Positions 55,500-63,389 of a stretch of DNA of 64,000 nucleotides are shown one piece after another. Numbering within the stretch: the stretch's first letter is position 1; each line of letters starts with the position of its first letter. The notes under the pieces were generated by a model. That model ran no database searches and had not been told where the DNA came from. It saw only the letters and a list, made by a program, of their open reading frames with translations. Origin of the DNA: an uncultured Candidatus Saccharibacteria bacterium (GTDB lineage: Bacteria; Patescibacteriota; Saccharimonadia; Saccharimonadales; JACDBH01); assembly GCA_965231105.1 (NCBI GenBank), contig OZ246417.1, positions 320,908-384,907 on the forward strand, written 5' to 3'. The translations under genes were made by a program, and so were the position numbers.

Positions 55500-58415
55500 T
55501 TATTTGCCGTAGTTGCCAAGAAGTATGCGGAGGTCGGTAAAGTTAACCCTGCCGTCTCCGTTTAAGTCACCGTTCGTATTACTTGCAACAGTTCTACCAT
55601 AGTTACCAAGTAAGATTCTAAGGTCAGTGAAGTTAACTCTGTCATCTCCATTGAGATCCCCAACTTTATCTGGTGTTGGAGTAGGAGTTGGAGTTGGCGT
55701 AGGAGTTGGTGTTGGGGCTGGCACCGTACAGTTAGGAGGTGTGCCCATTTGACCTATCGGACAACTGGTTGGTGGAGGTGTTGGTATGTTAAATGTCACG
55801 CTCGTGCTGTTCTGAGTATTACCAGCCACATCGTACGCTCTGGCATAGACCGTGTGGTTCCCGGCTGTATAGCCGGTCATCACAACACCCTGGCTATACG
55901 GTGAGGATGTATCGTTTGCAACCAGTGCATTATCGATGAAGAACTCAACTTTGGCGATACCACTTCCACCCGTATTGTCCGTCGCATTGGCAGAGAGAGT
56001 TAATGTACTACCACTTGTCACGCTCGCATTACTAGCTGGTGCGGTGAGTGAAACAGTTGGTTTTGTCGTGTCAGGCGGCTGCGGGATGATAATATTGACG
56101 CTACTTGTTTGCGCAAAGTTACCGGCCGCATCAAATGCGATAGCCCGAACTGCGTAGTTACCAGGTGCCAGTCCAGCTGTTGAAAGGCTTGCTGAATATG
56201 GTGAACTTGTATCGCTCTGCTGGAAGATATCGCCTAAGTAGAAATCGACTTTGCTTACCCCCACATTATCTGAAGCATTTGCACTTACCGTGACAGATCC
56301 ACTAGATACAGTCGTATTGTTTGAAGGCGCAGTAAGTGAAACGGCTGGTTCAGTTGTGTCGGGTGTGGGCAATGGAGTTGGGTTTGGCACAGGGTTAGGG
56401 TTGTGCTGCGGAACAGTGCTTAAGAGCACGCAAGGACCAACACTCAGGTTCTGCTTGCCATTTAAGTATGGCAGGCCAAGATCCTGTTCGATCGTATTGT
56501 ATGAATCACAGTTCGTTAGCGGTGGTTCAACAATATTGCTATATGCTTGGCCAAATATTTTCTGTGGTGAACTATAGGTTGGCTTTGCATTGTCGGATTT
56601 TTGATATACAAGTTCAAGATGGACATTTAGGAAGTCGGCATCAATGTTAGTATCGCCATTAACAGGATTGCGTCCACCCAGAATACTAAAGGCAACAGTA
56701 TTATTTCCTTTTCGTATATCAGCTTTATTTACCTGAATTGCTGCTGAGAATGGCATTGTTGCATGCGCAATTGTTCCATCTGGGTTTGGTGTCGGTGTAT
56801 TGGCACTTGGATCAGGGAAATTGTAGCGCACACCGTTAAATATGATGTGGTCATTTGAACTCCATGAGTAACCCTGCCACCCTAAGTTTTGGATGGTAAA
56901 GAAGAGCCATGCTTTACCGTCTTTGATGTTGCCAATGTCGTCAGGAATTGGAATGATACGGGTATCATCACCTCGTTCGATGCGCCTCGTTCCCGTGTTG
57001 AGTCCCCAGGTTGGGGTTGAACCATTGGCACCACCGTCAATGTAGTTATAGACCACTTCCTGAGAAGCTGGTCCCGTAAATCCGAAGTTGTCCCAGTGGA
57101 ACATCTGAATGGTTGGGTATGCTCGATTACCCCAATCGGGGTTATGATCCTTACCCGTGTTATATGAGAACAATGTTGAATGTAGGGTGAATTCACGCTT
57201 TGATGCAAAACCACTTGGCAACGTTGATTCCGTGAGGAGTACACCATCATTAAATACGCGAATTGTAGTCGGGGTCATCTGCACAACCCAGTGGCGTCGC
57301 ACGTTTGCAGTAGGATGAGGGGCATAGTCAGGCTGACTTAATCCTGCACTAAACTGTGATGTGCGATCAGACATATCACATGAGTTAAAGTCAACATCGT
57401 GTTCACCCCACCATGGTGAACAAGCGGTATTTGCGGTATGTACATCAAGATTCTGAGAAACTCTGTTTGAGTCGTAGTACACGATGTGCATATTGTGATC
57501 ACCAATATTTACACGGATCATGTTGCCCGGATCATTTCGATCTTCATGGAAAAGATCGTTATGGCTGGTTATATCAAGAGGCTGTTTATTCCTTCGTGCG
57601 TCAGTTGGAATAATATCTAAGTACCATGTATCACGACCAAAAGTAACGCCGTCCATATCCCATTCAATTTGTGCGGGATTTGATTCGGTAAGTCCGGTTG
57701 TGTTAAATACCGCGCGTGGACGAGTTACCTGTCCACCACGATCACACCAATCCGAGTTGATGGTGTTGTGAGCGTGGAACTGAGCGTTAATAAAGGCTCC
57801 TGATTTGTTGGTGCCAGCACAACCGGATGTTGCAACATTCCACTTTTGCTCGTCGAATGGATTGGCGGGAACATTGAAGTCGTCAAAGAAACCAGTCAGG
57901 CGTTGGCGCATAGCGTCGACTCGAGCACCTGAAGGCGTCGCACTCACTGTCACAGGATTCGAAACACGACCATCTGCACGCGCATATCTGTTAATTGGGT
58001 TCGCTGCGCTGTTGCCAATGCCAATGGGCGTATCAAGATACGTACCACGAGCAGCTTGAACGGTAATTTCATATTCCTGGCCGTTGTTAACAGGCTGAAT
58101 TTGGGTAATAGTGTCTTCGGTCTGTTTTACACCCGTCCATGCAGTTGCCCCTTTTGGTCGCCATTGTAAGTAATATCCGACAACGTTGCTCGTTGTTGAT
58201 TCATCCCAGGTTACGGTAATGACACGATCATCGCCGTAGGTCCTTACATTTCGTGGCTGAGCAATCGTTGGGTCAAGTGTGAGCGTAGCAGCTCGAGTAA
58301 GAAAGAGGGTAATGATTCCACCGATCACAGCAAAGCTCATAACAAACGCAAATAGGGTAATTCTACGTCTCTTTGTCGGGTTAAATTTTTTCGTTTTCTT
58401 CTTTACGATGTCCAT
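55500..58415 (-). CDS. Dockerin-bearing secreted multidomain protein B (FN3 + ~500 aa unknown region + 2 Ig-like modules + PT linker + dockerin)
   Basis: 971 aa from ATG 58415 (SD AGAGGT 6 nt upstream; ORF open to 58457). N-terminal KKKTKKFNPTKRRR + TM helix, then FN3-like aa ~53-125. Ig-like repeats at aa ~686-781 and 782-880, (PT)n linker, C-terminal dockerin. Confidence 0.85.
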   Translation of the reverse strand: MDIVKKKTKKFNPTKRRRITLFAFVMSFAVIGGIITLFLTRAATLTLDPTIAQPRNVRTYGDDRVITVTWDESTTSNVVGYYLQWRPKGATAWTGVKQTEDTITQIQPVNNGQEYEITVQAARGTYLDTPIGIGNSAANPINRYARADGRVSNPVTVSATPSGARVDAMRQRLTGFFDDFNVPANPFDEQKWNVATSGCAGTNKSGAFINAQFHAHNTINSDWCDRGGQVTRPRAVFNTTGLTESNPAQIEWDMDGVTFGRDTWYLDIIPTDARRNKQPLDITSHNDLFHEDRNDPGNMIRVNIGDHNMHIVYYDSNRVSQNLDVHTANTACSPWWGEHDVDFNSCDMSDRTSQFSAGLSQPDYAPHPTANVRRHWVVQMTPTTIRVFNDGVLLTESTLPSGFASKREFTLHSTLFSYNTGKDHNPDWGNRAYPTIQMFHWDNFGFTGPASQEVVYNYIDGGANGSTPTWGLNTGTRRIERGDDTRIIPIPDDIGNIKDGKAWLFFTIQNLGWQGYSWSSNDHIIFNGVRYNFPDPSANTPTPNPDGTIAHATMPFSAAIQVNKADIRKGNNTVAFSILGGRNPVNGDTNIDADFLNVHLELVYQKSDNAKPTYSSPQKIFGQAYSNIVEPPLTNCDSYNTIEQDLGLPYLNGKQNLSVGPCVLLSTVPQHNPNPVPNPTPLPTPDTTEPAVSLTAPSNNTTVSSGSVTVSANASDNVGVSKVDFYLGDIFQQSDTSSPYSASLSTAGLAPGNYAVRAIAFDAAGNFAQTSSVNIIIPQPPDTTKPTVSLTAPASNASVTSGSTLTLSANATDNTGGSGIAKVEFFIDNALVANDTSSPYSQGVVMTGYTAGNHTVYARAYDVAGNTQNSTSVTFNIPTPPPTSCPIGQMGTPPNCTVPAPTPTPTPTPTPTPTPDKVGDLNGDDRVNFTDLRILLGNYGRTVASNTNGDLNGDGRVNFTDLRILLGNYGK
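55503..55670 (-). other. Type I dockerin-like module (copy B)
   Basis: GDLNGDDRVNFTDLRILLGNYG-RTVASNTN-GDLNGDGRVNFTDLRILLGNYGK. Two 22-residue segments fit the Ca-binding F-hand pattern DxNxDGxVNxxDLxxL. Confidence 0.85.
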
Positions 58416-58437
58416 GTCATTACCTCTGTTTAATGTC

Positions 58438-59070
58438 TTATTCTTTTGCTCGACCACTCAAGAAAGTAAAGTACGCCATTCCGATCAGTAAAACAATCCC
58501 CGCAACAGTCAGTCCGAATACGAGCGGAGTAAGGCCTAATATCTTTTTAGTGGTAGAAGTACTAGCTTGTGTTGATTCATCACCATTTGCAGATGGCTGC
58601 AATTCTACACTCGTACCCTCAACCGCAGTGATAATATCAGGTCCACTGCTACCCATCTCTGATTGGCTGCGATCAATACTCACCGTTGCTGTACCTGATG
58701 AAGCAAGCGCCTCAAAGGTTATCCGACCAAGCAGGAATGTACCAGCTGGCTCTTGCCCGATCTTATAGCGTTGTAGTCTGTAGTAACCTTCACCCCCACC
58801 AGAGTCTGGTGCATCATTGGTAAGTGGTGAGGTAGAGTAATCTACATTTGTAATAGCAAGCTGGTTCTTGTCGAAAGTAATATAAACTTGTGCGGCAGTA
58901 ATGGCGGTGTCGGTTGTAGTATTGACATCCACTTGGAATGTTTCGCCTTTTCGCACTGTCTGTGTTGAAGACGTGAGCGTAATGGTATTAGCTGCAGCTG
59001 ATGCTTGTAGCGGCAGAAGAGCCACCACTAAGAGCGCAACGAGTACCGATTTTTTGATGAGTTTATACAT
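58438..59070 (-). CDS. Cohesin-like module protein A: signal peptide + cohesin-like domain + short stalk + C-terminal TM anchor
   Basis: 210 aa from ATG 59070. This start is chosen because GTAGGGT precedes both this ATG and the copy B start. The ORF is open to 59091, which would overlap the upstream gene. Confidence 0.6.
   Translation of the reverse strand: MYKLIKKSVLVALLVVALLPLQASAAANTITLTSSTQTVRKGETFQVDVNTTTDTAITAAQVYITFDKNQLAITNVDYSTSPLTNDAPDSGGGEGYYRLQRYKIGQEPAGTFLLGRITFEALASSGTATVSIDRSQSEMGSSGPDIITAVEGTSVELQPSANGDESTQASTSTTKKILGLTPLVFGLTVAGIVLLIGMAYFTFLSGRAKE
58597..58995 (-). other. Cohesin-like module (copy A)
   Basis: NTITLTSSTQTVRKGETFQVDVNTTTDTAITAAQVYITFDKNQLAI...GYYRLQRYK...ITFEALASSGTATVSIDRSQSEMGSSGPDIIT...VELQP. 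Colinear with copy B. Confidence 0.5.
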
Positions 59071-59080
59071 ATATTTCACC

Positions 59081-61969
59081 CTACTTTCCATAATTACCTA
59101 ATAATATTCGCAAGTCAGTAAAGTTGACCCTACTATCCCCATTAAGATCCCCACTGGTATTTGCGGTAACCGATTTATTGTAATTACCAAGCAGAATACG
59201 CAGGTCCGTAAAATTCACTCTTCCATCGCCATTTAGATCTCCCGTCTTTCCTGGTGCAGGGTTGGGCGTAGGTACGGGATCAGGAGTTGGTGTTAGCTCA
59301 GGCACCGTACAATTTGGTGGCGTACCGGTCTGGCCAGCTGGACAGCTTGTTGGTGGAGGAGTTGGGATAGTAAAGGTTACCGATGCACTGTCTTGCGTAT
59401 TGCCTGCGGCATCATAGGCCCGTGCAAACACTGTGTGATTACCAGGATTAATACCGGTCATAACCACCGATTGACTATATAGTGAGCTGGTATCGCTGGC
59501 CTTAAGTTCGTTATCAATATAAAAGTCTACGCGGGCAATACCGCCTGCATCGCTTGCATTCGCGCTCACAGTCAGCGTACTTCCACTGGTCACACTCGCA
59601 TTATTTGCGGGTGCAGTCAGAGAAACGGTTGGCCTTGTTGTATCGGCCGGTTGCGGAATAACAATATTCACGCTGCTACTCTGTGTCATATTATTTGTCG
59701 TATCAAAAGCCTGAGCAAAAACCGCATAAGTACCAGGCGCGAGCCCACTCGTTGAAATCGTAGCACTATAAGGCGAACTTGTATCGCTTGATTGAATTTG
59801 TCCGCCGAGATAGAAATCAACCTTTCCTACCCCAACATTATCAGCAGCATTTGCACTCGCCGTAAACGAGCCAGAGCTTGCCGTCGTGTTATTCGCTGGC
59901 GCTGTTAGCAGAACTGTGGGGAGCGTCGTATCCGGATTTGGTAACGGGGTTTGGCTACCCGTAGACCCCGGATTGTGCTGAACAAGGTGGGTTAGATACG
60001 CGCATGTACCCACTGTAAGGTTAGCCTTGCTACCCAAATATGGCAGGTCAAGATCCTGCTCAACATAGTTATACGAGTCACAGTTGGTCATAGGTGGTTC
60101 AACCAGGTTGCTCAGTGTCTGACCATAGATATTAATTGGCTGCGTGTAACTTGGACGATTCGTATCAGTGCGAGCATATGGGAGTTCCAGGTGAACATTC
60201 ATAATGCCCCCGCCAATATTAAAGGTGACCATGTTATCGCCTCGACGTATATCGGCCCGATCAATATAAATAACTGCGTTCGCAGGCGAAATCGGATTAG
60301 CAATGACCGATCGAGCAGCATAACCTGGCATAAAGTTGGCCTGATCTGCAAAGTCATAGCGCTTGCCATTAAAGATAATGTGCTCGCCTGGCGTGTATGA
60401 ATAGGATTGGAAACCAAAGTTCTGAATACTAAACATCAGCCGAGCTCGACCACCAACGATGTTGCCAATTTCATCAGGCACCTTGATATTTGTTGTGCGC
60501 TGCTCATAAGGAATTTGTCCGGTACCTAAGGATCGCCCAATACCGGGCGTATTACCATTTGGTCCGCCCTCTATATAGTTGTGGACTATTTCGCTACTGG
60601 CAGGACCCGTAAAGCCGAAGTTATCCCAGTGATACATGGCAGTTGAGGGAAATGCCTTCGTGGTATCGTATGCCTTTCCGGTGTTATATGAGAAGACAGT
60701 GTTATGAAGTACGAATTGTCGTTTTGAGGCAAAAGCGGCAGGAAGTGCCGTATCGCCTATCTTGTAGCCATCAACAAAAATACGCATACGAGTTGGGGTT
60801 ATCTGTATAACCCAGTGACGCCGCACATTCGCAACCGGCATAATAGATTGAGATTGCTGTGGTAACGGGCTAAATTCTGTTGTAGTACGGGTATTCATTT
60901 TGCAGTCCCAGAATGCCGAAACATCTGGCCCTGGCCAGTCGGTAGGCGCTTCAGGAGCCTGACAGGTTGTGTTGTTCAACATCGTCAATTGCTGAGCCCC
61001 ACCGGGATTACCGGCCGGGAAATACTGAAGACTTGCAGTAGAGGCCCCTTGATTAAGACGGATCATATTCATAGGGAATGAATAGTCGCCATCATGAGAC
61101 GTTTGATCAAGAGTAAGATTATCGGTTCGTGCGTCAATGGGCACGATATCCATGTACCACAGATCGCGTTCTGGATTTGTTATGCCATCCATATCAAATT
61201 CAATTTGAGCGGGGTTTGATTCAGTAGCACCCGTCGTATTAAAAATTGCGCGTGGACGCATGATCACTCCTGCCCGATCACACCATCCAGACTTAACCAT
61301 GTTATGCGTATGAAATTGGGTATTAATAAATGAACCCACATTTCCAGGAGAAGTACAGCCGGATGCTGCCATATTCCACTTCAACTCATCAACGGGATTC
61401 GAAGGAACATTAAAATCATCAAAGAAACCGGTGAGGCGTTGGCGCATTGCATCAACACGAGCACTTGAGGTTGTTGCCGTAGCTCTTGCCGGTTGTGAGA
61501 CATGACCATCAGCACGTGCAAAGCGGCTTCTTCTATTTGGTTCGGCAGGCCAGAAGCCGTCCAGCGAGCCATTTTCATAGACCGAGTATGTCCCCCGTAC
61601 ACTGTGAACTTCTATTTCATACTGTTGATTATTATCGAGTGGCTGCAATTGGGTAACGGTGTGTGTCGTTTGCTTAACACCCTCCCAATTGGAAGCACCT
61701 ACTTTTTTCCAGCGCAGATAATATCCAACTATGCTCGAACTATTCACACCATTCCAGGTTACGATTACATTCCGATCATCTCCGTAAGCCTGCACATTTG
61801 TAGGTGATGGGACGGAAGGATCAATAGTTAGGGAGGCAGCGTTCGTCAAAAAGAGCGCTATAATCCCACCAATGGTGGCAAAGCTCATAACAAACGCAAA
61901 GGCGACAAATTTACGCTGTCTTGCAGGAATAAATTTTTTCACCTTGTGCGTGCCCCGTAATTGTACCAC
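59081..61969 (-). CDS. Dockerin-bearing secreted multidomain protein A (same architecture as B)
   Basis: 962 aa from GTG 61969 (AGAGG 4-5 nt upstream; ORF open to GTG 61975). Colinear paralog of 55500-58415 over its full length. Confidence 0.85.
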   Translation of the reverse strand: MVQLRGTHKVKKFIPARQRKFVAFAFVMSFATIGGIIALFLTNAASLTIDPSVPSPTNVQAYGDDRNVIVTWNGVNSSSIVGYYLRWKKVGASNWEGVKQTTHTVTQLQPLDNNQQYEIEVHSVRGTYSVYENGSLDGFWPAEPNRRSRFARADGHVSQPARATATTSSARVDAMRQRLTGFFDDFNVPSNPVDELKWNMAASGCTSPGNVGSFINTQFHTHNMVKSGWCDRAGVIMRPRAIFNTTGATESNPAQIEFDMDGITNPERDLWYMDIVPIDARTDNLTLDQTSHDGDYSFPMNMIRLNQGASTASLQYFPAGNPGGAQQLTMLNNTTCQAPEAPTDWPGPDVSAFWDCKMNTRTTTEFSPLPQQSQSIMPVANVRRHWVIQITPTRMRIFVDGYKIGDTALPAAFASKRQFVLHNTVFSYNTGKAYDTTKAFPSTAMYHWDNFGFTGPASSEIVHNYIEGGPNGNTPGIGRSLGTGQIPYEQRTTNIKVPDEIGNIVGGRARLMFSIQNFGFQSYSYTPGEHIIFNGKRYDFADQANFMPGYAARSVIANPISPANAVIYIDRADIRRGDNMVTFNIGGGIMNVHLELPYARTDTNRPSYTQPINIYGQTLSNLVEPPMTNCDSYNYVEQDLDLPYLGSKANLTVGTCAYLTHLVQHNPGSTGSQTPLPNPDTTLPTVLLTAPANNTTASSGSFTASANAADNVGVGKVDFYLGGQIQSSDTSSPYSATISTSGLAPGTYAVFAQAFDTTNNMTQSSSVNIVIPQPADTTRPTVSLTAPANNASVTSGSTLTVSANASDAGGIARVDFYIDNELKASDTSSLYSQSVVMTGINPGNHTVFARAYDAAGNTQDSASVTFTIPTPPPTSCPAGQTGTPPNCTVPELTPTPDPVPTPNPAPGKTGDLNGDGRVNFTDLRILLGNYNKSVTANTSGDLNGDSRVNFTDLRILLGNYGK
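59084..59251 (-). other. Type I dockerin-like module (copy A)
   Basis: GDLNGDGRVNFTDLRILLGNYN-KSVTANTS-GDLNGDSRVNFTDLRILLGNYGK. Confidence 0.85.
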
Positions 61970-61998
61970 TGACACCTCTTATGATAATTGTTACTCGA

Positions 61999-62026
61999 AT
62001 AGTATCACGTTCTCCTTCAAGCACAA
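61999..62026 (-). promoter_or_regulatory. Candidate promoter of the cohesin/dockerin operon
   Basis: Minus strand TTGTGC (62021-62026), 16 nt spacer, TACTAT (61999-62004), ~25 nt upstream of the start codon. Confidence 0.35.
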
Positions 62027-62077
62027 ACGTTTCATAAGAGATAAACCGCACGCTTATCCACAGTTAACGGTCTTCTG

Positions 62078-62167
62078 TTAGGCCTCCCACTCCATGCCCT
62101 CAAGCACATCAACGCGATGATGAGTTTTTCGCTGTCGAGATGAGATATTTACTTTCGTTTTTGCCAT
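62078..62167 (-). CDS. Small ORF (29 aa) with strong SD, not in the ORF track
   Basis: My translation gives MAKTKVNISSRQRKTHHRVDVLEGMEWEA. AAAGGAG lies 8 nt upstream of the ATG. Sits between ku and the cohesin/dockerin operon. Confidence 0.4.
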   Translation of the reverse strand: MAKTKVNISSRQRKTHHRVDVLEGMEWEA

Positions 62168-62249
62168 ATGTATAGCTCCTTTCCCTCTTCGGAGTATGGC
62201 GATTTATGCCCGTGACTGCAGTGAACATTCTCGCAGCTCCGTTGAATGT

Positions 62250-63053
62250 TTACGCTATATTCTCTTGTCCACTATCAAGTCGAGGTTGATCACTCAGCGT
62301 ATTTTTCAACGTATCAATAATTTTATTCTCTGGCGTTGTGTGCGGTGCTACCCGCTCCCGCTTTGGGGCGGGCAATCCCTTCGCTTTACGGGCAACTAGT
62401 TCCTGGATGTGTTCGGCATATTCATCGTGATAATCATTAATATAAAATGGTCCGCTATATCGCTCGACAACTGCACTCAGGGCTTCAATTTCCTGAGGTG
62501 AAGGTTTTGGTAAAGGCGGTGTCTTAAGGGTGCTGCGGGGTACTATTTCAGCCGCATACCTCAATTGTTGCAACACAAGCATATCTCCGTGGACACCCAA
62601 AACACCAATACGTTCTTTGTTGTACTGCATAAACTGCACCATCGCGACCTTGCCACTCCGCACCAACACTTCTCGAAGTAATGAATATGCGCGCTCTCCG
62701 CCATGTGTTGGGACAATATAATATGGCTTATCGTAATAAATCGCCTCTACTGCCTGCGGGTCAAAAAACTGTTTAATGTCAATTGTCTTAACGGGTCCAC
62801 TCGCAGTTTGCTCGAGTTCTTGATCGGTTAGCGTTACATATTTCCCTGCCTCCACCTCAACCGCTCGAACTGTTTCCGTACGAGAAATTTCCTGATGCTC
62901 GTCTTTACAGCGTAGTACGCGCTCAACCGGTGAGCCATCCTTTTCATGAAGCTGCACAAACTCCGGACGGATAGACTGCATTGCCGCATACAGCTTTACT
63001 GGCAGTCCTAACTGTCCAAGCGCTATATAACCTTGCCATGTTGCTTTTGCCAT
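62250..63053 (-). CDS. ku: Ku protein (non-homologous end joining)
   Basis: MAKATWQGYIALGQLGLPVKLYAA... Ku beta-barrel core with a basic C-terminal tail. 267 aa. Confidence 0.9.
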   Translation of the reverse strand: MAKATWQGYIALGQLGLPVKLYAAMQSIRPEFVQLHEKDGSPVERVLRCKDEHQEISRTETVRAVEVEAGKYVTLTDQELEQTASGPVKTIDIKQFFDPQAVEAIYYDKPYYIVPTHGGERAYSLLREVLVRSGKVAMVQFMQYNKERIGVLGVHGDMLVLQQLRYAAEIVPRSTLKTPPLPKPSPQEIEALSAVVERYSGPFYINDYHDEYAEHIQELVARKAKGLPAPKRERVAPHTTPENKIIDTLKNTLSDQPRLDSGQENIA

Positions 63054-63141
63054 AGCCTACCCTCTCAAAACATATGTAAGTATGCGGACTATGGACGTAC
63101 TATTCTGTAAAGTACTTCACAACGAGTCTATAGGTAAAAGC

Positions 63142-63333
63142 TTACAGCTGGATAAGTTCAAAGACCCGATGAATAAAGAATGCAGGCCAGACACACGCCT
63201 TTAAGAGCGCGACAATGAACTCGCCAAAACCATTGGCTTGCTGCACAAAGTACACAGCTGCACCTATAAACGTTAAGAAATAAAATCCTGCTGGTCCGCC
63301 CTTATGAATAACTTTTACTTTTTCTTTTGCCAT
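63142..63333 (-). CDS. Small membrane protein (hypothetical)
   Basis: Start set at MAKEKVKV (63333, SD GGAGG). Two TM helices. The ORF is open to 63363. Confidence 0.5.
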   Translation of the reverse strand: MAKEKVKVIHKGGPAGFYFLTFIGAAVYFVQQANGFGEFIVALLKACVWPAFFIHRVFELIQL

Positions 63334-63389
63334 GATTAATCCTCCACCTTCATTTAAGCACAAAGGTGGAACATTGCATTACTTTTACC

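Larger units (their letters stand above)
54537..61975 (-). repeat. Tandem duplication of a two-gene (dockerin cargo + cohesin anchor) module; paralogy at protein level
   Basis: Unit A is 58438-61975 and unit B is 54537-58415. Same gene order, domain order and SD contexts. The DNA is strongly diverged at synonymous sites. Confidence 0.85.

Noticed and set aside
55668-55721. The short tandem DNA periodicity GGTGTTGGAGTAGGAGTTGGAGTTGGCGTAGGAGTTGGTGTTGG looked like a microsatellite or CRISPR-like repeat.
   Set aside because: It simply encodes the (Pro-Thr)n linker of cargo protein B. There is no spacer/repeat organisation and no cas genes. No CRISPR array is present in the window.
57648-57668. 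The IEWDMDG motif (IEFDMDG in copy A) inside the cargo core looked like a GH16 catalytic ExDxxE motif.
   Set aside because: The third acidic position is Asp at the wrong spacing (ExDxD), and the flanking GH16 blocks are not evident. It is not enough to call a glycoside hydrolase family, so it is mentioned only as a conserved acidic cluster.
61976-62167. Reading through the two in-frame TAA codons after the 29-codon ORF would give a 58 aa product (…EA*QKTVNCG*ACGLSLMKRLCLKENVILFE). It has bL32-like length and CG..CG/MK..LC strings reminiscent of the L32 zinc ribbon.
   Set aside because: TAA is clearly used as a normal stop throughout the window, for example in cohesin A, the cargo B gene and the 418 aa ORF. 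The extension would also run through the best promoter candidate of the downstream operon. The resemblance is short and could be chance. Only the 29-codon ORF is reported.
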